Positions 57,699 to 64,000 of a stretch of 64,000 nt of DNA are shown piece by piece; position 1 is the first letter of the stretch, and every line of letters starts with the position of its first letter. The notes below the pieces were generated by a model, which saw only the letters and a list, made by a program, of their open reading frames with translations, made no database searches and was not told where the DNA came from. Source of the stretch: Ignavibacteria bacterium (GTDB taxonomy: Bacteria; Bacteroidota; Ignavibacteria; Tepidaquicellales; OLB5); NCBI GenBank assembly GCA_019912545.1, contig JAIOIK010000198.1, positions 6,679 through 70,678 on the forward strand, read 5' to 3'. The translations under genes were made by a program, and so were the position numbers.

Positions 57699-58430
57699 TC
57701 ACTTTTCCAGATGTTTAACTTCATCTTCAGCGCGTTTAAGGTCCTCGGGGAAGTCAATTTCCATACTTTTATACTCTGAAACATCAATGGCATACATGGC
57801 GTTCCCCATGTCATAAAGCTCCTGGAACGACGCCTCGTAGAATTCATTCACATTGTTCTCACGCATGATCTTGCGATCCAGCACGTCTCCCAGCTTACTG
57901 AAGAAATCAAGCGAAAACCTTTCAATTCCTATAGATTCGCCGAAACACTCTGCGGGGGCTAAATGTTTGCCAATATGCTCAATTTTGTTAGCACTATCAA
58001 TTATAACTTTAATCTCCTCTTCGCCCAGTTTATGCGCAGAATTCACAGCAAGTGAATTGGCATGTTCAGACTTCAAAAGCTTTGAAATTATGCGATAATC
58101 GAACAATATGTCACTATCAAGAAGCAATGAATCCCCTTTTACATAGTCTTTGGTCATCCAGAGCGAGTAGCTGTTATTGTTATTCTCATAATCGGCATTT
58201 GTAAGATACAATATATTGAGCTTTGGATAAGTTTCTGCAATGAAATCCTTTATCATATTCTCTCTGTAACCCGTAACTACAATGAATTCATTTATCCCGT
58301 TTTTGAGGATATTATTGATCGTCATTTCAAGCAGTGTTTTACTCCCTGCTTTTAATAGACATTTTGGTGTAGTATCGGTGAGCGGCCTAAGCCTTTTTGC
58401 GAGTCCCGCCGCGAGTATTATTGCCTGCAT
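57699..58430 (-). CDS. sugar-phosphate/phosphocholine nucleotidyltransferase family protein
   Basis: MQAIILAAGLAKRLRPLTDTTPKCLLK (G-x-G-x-R-L signature of NTP_transferase fold); 243 aa. Confidence 0.85.
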   Translation of the reverse strand: MQAIILAAGLAKRLRPLTDTTPKCLLKAGSKTLLEMTINNILKNGINEFIVVTGYRENMIKDFIAETYPKLNILYLTNADYENNNNSYSLWMTKDYVKGDSLLLDSDILFDYRIISKLLKSEHANSLAVNSAHKLGEEEIKVIIDSANKIEHIGKHLAPAECFGESIGIERFSLDFFSKLGDVLDRKIMRENNVNEFYEASFQELYDMGNAMYAIDVSEYKSMEIDFPEDLKRAEDEVKHLEK

Positions 58431-58445
58431 TAGATTGTTTGCCCA

Positions 58446-58469
58446 GTGGCACAGGCATTCCTGCCTGTG
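58446..58469. repeat. single REP unit
   Basis: GTGGCACAGGCATTCCTGCCTGTG. Its reverse complement CACAGGCAGGAATGCCTGTGCCAC matches 45539-45558. Confidence 0.8.
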
Positions 58470-58686
58470 ATTACATTAAACCACAAAAATAGCTAAACGG
58501 GAATTGATAAGCAGGGAAGAAAAACATATTCTTGTCTGATTACTTTGCCTTTGTAAAAACAACATAAACACTTCAGCCTAAATGCACGAAATTTATCATT
58601 CAATCATTCTCACCAATTTGAATTAATTATTAATATGATAATTAGTATTTTACTCCTATTGTAATTTAGAAACTTATATAACATTA

Positions 58687-59547
58687 ATGGAAGTGCTTAA
58701 AGTTTTAGCGTTAGTAGTTCAACTTGGTATGCCGCCAACCTTCCCGGAAGGAGATGCATCACTACAGCAGCTGCTGCCGGATAAAATTGAGGTCATCTGC
58801 AAAGATGAAGGCTCAACCTATACAAATAACATGCATGTGTTAAAGAATAACCCAAAATTCAAAAGGACTGAGCCATCTCTTTTTACACCTGAAAATATTA
58901 AAAACCTGTACATATTTTTAACTCAAATTGATTCCACCCATCTGTTTGTTGAAGATTGTGATTACAGCATGCTGAAATTCCTGCGCCTCAAGACAAAGGA
59001 CCAAAACCTGCAATACCGTATGGTAGATTCCAGTGACCATTTTGTAAATACTGAAAAGCTCAGACAGATTCAATGGCAGGAAGGAATCGGGTTCAAGATG
59101 TTTGATAATCTGACAGTATTTGAAACTACTTTAAACAATTACACAGAATACTGGGAGTGCGGCAACAAGCTTGATTACTCACCCAAGTATCCATATGCGA
59201 AACCGAAAGCCACTCTTTTACGAAAAAACTATACTGATGAGCAAAGTGAAGACCTGAAGTATATTCTTTCAAATCCGATTATGGTTTTTTCGATAATGCC
59301 TCTTAATGAAATGACTTATGAGCTTCCTTACAATCTTGAGGGCAAAGCTGTTGAAACAAAGCTTGAAACTTCAAAGGACGGCAGCATTGAAGGAACGGGA
59401 ATTGACCTTAATGGCGATAAGATACTTGATGCATTTTGGTACAATCAAGTTGAGGATAGCAAGATCGTTGAAGTTTTTACAAGACTCTACATAAATGTTG
59501 GCGGCAAATGGGGACTTATCTGGTACACATATTTCAGGGAGATGTAG
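58687..59547 (+). CDS. hypothetical protein (286 aa)
   Basis: Long ORF in a coding-dense region with no recognisable motif. Start codon uncertain. Confidence 0.5.
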   Translation: MEVLKVLALVVQLGMPPTFPEGDASLQQLLPDKIEVICKDEGSTYTNNMHVLKNNPKFKRTEPSLFTPENIKNLYIFLTQIDSTHLFVEDCDYSMLKFLRLKTKDQNLQYRMVDSSDHFVNTEKLRQIQWQEGIGFKMFDNLTVFETTLNNYTEYWECGNKLDYSPKYPYAKPKATLLRKNYTDEQSEDLKYILSNPIMVFSIMPLNEMTYELPYNLEGKAVETKLETSKDGSIEGTGIDLNGDKILDAFWYNQVEDSKIVEVFTRLYINVGGKWGLIWYTYFREM

Positions 59548-59559
59548 CCGATCGGTAAA

Positions 59560-60228
59560 ATGATAAAAGCAGTGATTTATGATATGGACGGGCTGATACT
59601 TGATAGCGAGCCCTTTTGGAAAGAAGCCGAGACAAAAGTTTTTGGCAGCGTTGGCGTTCCATTAACGCCTCAAATGTGCGAGACCACAGTCGGCAAGCGT
59701 CTAAAAGATGTAAGCCAGTATTGGCATGAAAAAAATCCTTGGAACCTGAGTGAAACTCCTCTTGAGAAAGTAAATTCAGATATTATAGATGAATTGATAG
59801 CACTTATCAGATCAAAAGGGACATTGAATAAAGGAGTCACTGGATCGTTTGAGTATTTTGGATCGAAAAATTTACCGTTGGCACTGGCGTCATCATCGGA
59901 TATGAAGATAATTGATGCTGTAATGGATAAATTCGGCATACGGGAAATATTCTCTGTCATACATACGGCTGAGTTTGAAGAATACGGCAAGCCGCATCCG
60001 GCTATTTATATTAATACAGCCAAAGCTATGAACGTAAAACCAAATGATTGCCTGGCAATAGAAGATTCATTTTACGGACTTATCTCGGCAATTGCGGCCG
60101 GGATGAAGACCATAGCTGTTCCCGAGCTAACTAATTTCTACAATCCGAAATTTGATATTGCATCATTAAAGCTCAGAAGTTTAAAAGACCTGAGTGATGA
60201 AGAATTCAGTAAACTTGATAAATTATAA
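59560..60228 (+). CDS. HAD-superfamily phosphatase (beta-phosphoglucomutase/hexitol phosphatase-like)
   Basis: Motif I VIYDMDGLILDSEP, motif II ..LALASSS.., motif III/IV ..GKPHP..CLAIEDSFYG. Confidence 0.9.
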   Translation: MIKAVIYDMDGLILDSEPFWKEAETKVFGSVGVPLTPQMCETTVGKRLKDVSQYWHEKNPWNLSETPLEKVNSDIIDELIALIRSKGTLNKGVTGSFEYFGSKNLPLALASSSDMKIIDAVMDKFGIREIFSVIHTAEFEEYGKPHPAIYINTAKAMNVKPNDCLAIEDSFYGLISAIAAGMKTIAVPELTNFYNPKFDIASLKLRSLKDLSDEEFSKLDKL

Positions 60229-60557
60229 TGCTAATAGTTGTCGCCGGTCCATACTCAGCCGCAACCGAAGAAGCAAGAGCCTCTAATCTTAAAGAAATGA
60301 ATAAGGCCGCTGCTGAAGTATACAGAAAAGGCCACATTCCCGTTATTGGCGTTAATGCTGCATTGTACGTAGCTGATGAACTTAAAGATAAGGTACGAAA
60401 CAAAGTTATAGCAGACATATCTTATTCAATTGTTGAGCGGTGTGATGCTATACTGCTGATTGGACACTCTCCCGGAGCAGATATTGAGCTGGAAATAATC
60501 AAAGCAAAAGGTCTTCCTGTTTATTATTCTATAAATGATATCCCTCAAATTTCATAA
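60228..60557 (+). CDS. small protein, nucleoside 2-deoxyribosyltransferase-like (DUF4406-like) by motif resemblance
   Basis: MLIVVAGPYSA..N...MNKAAAEVYRKGHIPVIGVN....CDAILLIGHSPGADIELEIIKAKGLPVY resembles the AGP..(N)..CDA(I/V)..L.GW..S.G...E pattern. Start overlaps the HAD stop (ATAATG). Confidence 0.45.
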   Translation: MLIVVAGPYSAATEEARASNLKEMNKAAAEVYRKGHIPVIGVNAALYVADELKDKVRNKVIADISYSIVERCDAILLIGHSPGADIELEIIKAKGLPVYYSINDIPQIS

Positions 60558-61282
60558 TGCCTCCAGTTCCATTTTACATATCTCTGTTGATATACATAAT
60601 TACGGCGATTATTTGCTGCTCTGCAATTGCTGCAATTAATTACGCAGCGGGTAAACTGAATTTCAGTGTCTCAAAGAAAAAATATTATATCATTGCAGCT
60701 CTTGTTCTGACGGTAGGTTGGCTGATCATCACTTCTTTTGCTGCGTTGGACGGAATGTTTCTGGATTTTACGTCAACTCCTCCGAAAATGCTTATGATAC
60801 TCGTTCCGGCAATACTTATCGTCATTTACATCAGCAGCTCAGAAAGCATTAATCTATTATTGACTGTTATTCCTACTGCCTGGCTTGTTTATATTCAGTC
60901 ATTCAGAGTTTTGATGGAGCTTTTCCTTTGGCTGATGTTCCTGCAAAATGTCATTCCGGTGCAAATGACATTTGAGGGCCTGAATTATGATATTCTTGTG
61001 GGTCTAAGCGCTCCGCTTGTTGGGTATTATGCATTAACTGTAAAAAAATGGCCAAGAATAGTTGCGGTCTTATGGAATTTTGCCGGGCTGCTGCTGGTAA
61101 CAAATATTACACTGATATCGATCCTATCCACTCCAAGCCCGATACGCCAGTTCCCCGGCGAGCCTGCAAACACAATGGTAGCTTACTTTCCGTTTATATG
61201 GATACCCGCAATAATTGTACCATTCGCATTCTTAATGCACGTACTATCCCTCAAGCAGCTCCTGCGGTATAAAGATATATGA
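60557..61282 (+). CDS. polytopic membrane protein of unknown function
   Basis: About 7 hydrophobic segments. Start overlaps the previous stop (TAATG). Confidence 0.6.
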   Translation: MPPVPFYISLLIYIITAIICCSAIAAINYAAGKLNFSVSKKKYYIIAALVLTVGWLIITSFAALDGMFLDFTSTPPKMLMILVPAILIVIYISSSESINLLLTVIPTAWLVYIQSFRVLMELFLWLMFLQNVIPVQMTFEGLNYDILVGLSAPLVGYYALTVKKWPRIVAVLWNFAGLLLVTNITLISILSTPSPIRQFPGEPANTMVAYFPFIWIPAIIVPFAFLMHVLSLKQLLRYKDI

Positions 61283-61833
61283 GCATTGAACTTCACTCCA
61301 ATAGGCTTGTACTAAAAGAACTTCGTGCCGGTGATGCAGAAATATTCAGTGATTTTCTTCTCAGGAATAAGGAATTCTTCAGGTTTTCCGGCCCAGTTTA
61401 TGAAAAAGAATATGACAGTTTGGAATATCACAGAAGAATGCTTGAGAGGTCACAGACTGAGTCGCTGGATGGCAGGCACTATAAATTTGGTGTATATAAA
61501 AATGAAGACAGGAGCAGAATTATAGGTTCAGTTGCACTATCAAATATTGCAATGGGCAATTTCCGCTCGTGCTTTTTAGGTTACAGGATCGACGAAAGAG
61601 AAAATTCAAAAGGATATGCAACCGAAGCTATAAAAAGAGTTATTGAATTTGCCTTTCTTAATCTTAAGCTCCATAGAATTGAAGCCAACATCATGCCCCG
61701 CAATAAGACTTCAATAAGAGTAGTTGAAAACCTTGGGTTTACTTTTGAAGGCGAATCAAAAAAATACCTGCAGATAAACGGAGTATGGGAAGATCATATG
61801 CACTTTGTATTGTTGAATAGAGATATTGAATGA
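61279..61833 (+). CDS. GNAT family N-acetyltransferase (RimJ/RimL-like)
   Basis: ..GYRIDERENSKGYATEAIKRVIEFAFLNLKLHRIEANIMPRNKTSIRVVENLGFTFEG..; 4-nt overlap with the upstream gene. Confidence 0.85.
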   Translation: MSIELHSNRLVLKELRAGDAEIFSDFLLRNKEFFRFSGPVYEKEYDSLEYHRRMLERSQTESLDGRHYKFGVYKNEDRSRIIGSVALSNIAMGNFRSCFLGYRIDERENSKGYATEAIKRVIEFAFLNLKLHRIEANIMPRNKTSIRVVENLGFTFEGESKKYLQINGVWEDHMHFVLLNRDIE

Positions 61834-61894
61834 TTAAAAATCCGATAATTTACCAGTAAATACAAGGTTGGGGAAATTTAACCAGCCTACTTGC

Positions 61895-63136
61895 TTAATT
61901 GGGGTTTTGAATTTTGAAGGGTTCAAGGGCGTCATCAATACTTTTTGCTTCGGGGAAAAACGAAACTATTTTCTGAAGTACTTCATCAAGAATTGCATCA
62001 GGGCATGATGCACCGCTTGTTAGTATGACCTCTGTGGGTTTTGAATTGTTTTTGATCAGCCAGTTCTCAGAAGTTTTTTCTTTGTATGAATGAATATCAA
62101 AATGGCTTATAGTATTTTCGGAAATGATTCTATCGGGACCGGAAATGAAATATGCCGGCAGCTTGGCTTCACATAACTCAACAATATGAGATGTATTAGA
62201 ACTATTGTAGCCCCCTACTATAATTGCAAGATCTGCATTACCTTTAAGAAGGCCAATTGTAGCCTGCTGATTATCATAAGTAGCATAGCATAGCGTATCG
62301 CTTGTATCTGCATAATGCTCCCTAATTTTTTTATTGCCGTATTTTTCTTCCATCGTATTTTTGATCAAGTCAGCAATAGCCTGGGTTTCAGTTGCAAGCA
62401 TTGTTGTCTGGTTCACAACTCCAACTTTATACAAGTCTTTATTAATATCAAACCCAACAGAGTATTTTCCTTCAAAGATCTCATAAAACTTTTCGCCGGG
62501 GATAATTCCAGTGATAATATCGCAAAGCACCCGTGTTTCTTCGATGTTTCTTACAATAATTGTGGGTGAATTCAGATTAGAGTGCGAAAATGTTGCTATA
62601 GTTTCTTCATGGTTAAATTTGCCGTGAACAATTATTGTGTAATTTTTCTTCCCCAAGATTTCTGCCCGGTTCCATACTTTTTCAACAAACGGGCAAGTTG
62701 TATCATACAAATACGGGTCGATATTGTGCTGTTTTAGAATCTCCTGAATTTCGATAGTAGTGCCGAAAGCAGGAACAATTACAACATCATCTTCCCTCAG
62801 ATCAGTCCATGGGATCAGTTGCTTGCCGTTATGCTCACGAATGAACCGGACTCCCCTGCTTCTCAGATCATCGTTAACATTCGGGTTGTGGATCATTTCG
62901 CTAAGCAGGAATACCCGCTTTCCTTCGTTCTCATCAAGAGATCTGTATGCTATCTCGATAGCATTTTCCACACCGTAACAAAATCCAAAGTGACGGGCGA
63001 TGAGGAATTTTACGGGTCCGAAATCAAGAACTGAAGGAGTGTAATCCTTTTTTCTCGGATCAGTAATCTTCCTCGCATTCTTTACAACAGAAATTACGGG
63101 ACTGCGGTAATATATTGGTATATCAAACTTCTTCAT
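61895..63136 (-). CDS. ispH: 4-hydroxy-3-methylbut-2-enyl diphosphate reductase (long form)
   Basis: ARHFGFCYGVENAI (Cys1), DTTCPFVEKVW (Cys2), HGKFNHEET, VVNQTT, DTLCYAT (Cys3), GGYNSSNTSHIVE. Confidence 0.93.
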   Translation of the reverse strand: MKKFDIPIYYRSPVISVVKNARKITDPRKKDYTPSVLDFGPVKFLIARHFGFCYGVENAIEIAYRSLDENEGKRVFLLSEMIHNPNVNDDLRSRGVRFIREHNGKQLIPWTDLREDDVVIVPAFGTTIEIQEILKQHNIDPYLYDTTCPFVEKVWNRAEILGKKNYTIIVHGKFNHEETIATFSHSNLNSPTIIVRNIEETRVLCDIITGIIPGEKFYEIFEGKYSVGFDINKDLYKVGVVNQTTMLATETQAIADLIKNTMEEKYGNKKIREHYADTSDTLCYATYDNQQATIGLLKGNADLAIIVGGYNSSNTSHIVELCEAKLPAYFISGPDRIISENTISHFDIHSYKEKTSENWLIKNNSKPTEVILTSGASCPDAILDEVLQKIVSFFPEAKSIDDALEPFKIQNPN

Positions 63137-63139
63137 TGA

Positions 63140-64000
63140 TTACTTCAGCATTGGCATATTAATTCCGAATTTCTCTTTATTTTCAATGGCTTGTTCATAT
63201 CCTGCATCTGCATGTCTGACAATTCCCATACCCGGATCATATGTTAACACTCTTTCCAATCTCTCTTCAGCTTCTTTGGTTCCATCAGCAACTACAACCA
63301 TTCCGGAGTGAATTGAAAGTCCGATACCAACTCCTCCGCCATGATGCAGAGAGACCCAGCTTGCGCCCCCTATTGCATTTAAAGCAAAATTCAGAATTGG
63401 CCAGTCTGCAATTGCGTCACTTCCGTCTTTCATTTTTTCTGTTTCGCGGTTGGGTGAGGCGACGCTTCCGCAATCAAGATGATCACGTCCTATCACAATT
63501 GGAGCTTTAACTTTTCCTTCTCGAACCAAGTCATTAAATATCTTTCCCATTTTAGCCCGCTCGCCATAACCAAGCCAGCATATTCTTGCGGGGAGTCCCT
63601 GGAAATGCACTTTTTCCTGTGCATGTTTTATCCACCTTGCAAGCGCTTTGTTTTCAGGGAAAGTTTTTAAAACATATTCATCAGTTACAAAGATATCGTT
63701 CGGATCACCCGAGAGTGCTGCCCAGCGGAACGGCCCTTTACCATCGCAGAATAACGGCCGGATATACTCGGGAACAAAGCCGGGTATTTCAAAAGCCGAC
63801 TTGAAACAATTATTGTATGCTTCACCGCGAATGTTGTTACCATAATCAAAAACAATCGCGCCGCGATTCATGAATTCAAGCATTGCCTTGCAATGAATTA
63901 CAACCGTTTTTCGGGAAAGCTCAATGTATTTTTCGGGATCTGACTTCCTGAGTTCAAACGCTTTCTCAAGCGGCATCCCCATAGGGACGTAACCATTTAA
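63140..64000 (-). CDS. hutU: urocanate hydratase (C-terminal part; N-terminus lies beyond the window end)
   Basis: ..[26 protein letters not shown].., [60 protein letters not shown]. The frame stays open to position 64000. Confidence 0.9.
   Translation of the reverse strand, partial: LNGYVPMGMPLEKAFELRKSDPEKYIELSRKTVVIHCKAMLEFMNRGAIVFDYGNNIRGEAYNNCFKSAFEIPGFVPEYIRPLFCDGKGPFRWAALSGDPNDIFVTDEYVLKTFPENKALARWIKHAQEKVHFQGLPARICWLGYGERAKMGKIFNDLVREGKVKAPIVIGRDHLDCGSVASPNRETEKMKDGSDAIADWPILNFALNAIGGASWVSLHHGGGVGIGLSIHSGMVVVADGTKEAEERLERVLTYDPGMGIVRHADAGYEQAIENKEKFGINMPMLK

Overview
64-kb chromosomal window from a low to moderate G+C bacterium of the FCB group (Bacteroidota/Ignavibacteriota-like). 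The taxon is inferred from nine secreted proteins that end in the T9SS type-A C-terminal sorting domain (..NYPNPFNP..K(M/L)xLIK). Main content: (1) 1.6-10.6 kb holds a minus-strand cluster of T9SS cargo genes: BNR/Asp-box propellers, an alpha/beta-hydrolase-like protein and a PQQ-propeller/PKD protein. One of them is broken by a frameshift in a G7 run. A 705-bp ORF-free gap full of hairpins follows. (2) A thioredoxin-fold gene pair, a CheY-like regulator and a 1786-aa REC-multiPAS-HisKA-HATPase hybrid kinase with a tandemly triplicated PAS module. (3) Housekeeping genes: GT4, two NUDIX, YqgE/AlgH, livK-like/livH, mltD-like, lipB, ispD, queA, eno, rpsA, ispG, rhomboid, ispH, partial hutU and others. 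(4) 29.5-40.1 kb holds four tandem, mosaic subtilisin (S8) genes with CARDB, P-domain and T9SS modules. (5) The most unusual region is an AT-rich two-gene island (49599-54533; 361 aa and 1272 aa) between rpsA and ispG. The two proteins share a ~345-aa N-terminal architecture. It comprises a PD-(D/E)xK-like acidic triad and a STAND-like lead-in without a P-loop. I could not assign them to any characterised family, so this island is my best candidate for an undescribed (possibly defence-type) system. Other observations: a REP-like palindrome family (CACAGRCARGAATGYCTGTGCCAC), a four-helix-bundle (23S IVS-type) gene cassette flanked by inverted GTGAAATAGTGAA arrays inside the liv operon, a 3'-flank motif shared by T9SS cargo genes, and an untracked 58-codon ORF. 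No rRNA, tRNA, CRISPR array, transposase or integrase was recognised. All calls rest on reading the sequence and track translations by eye; no searches were run.
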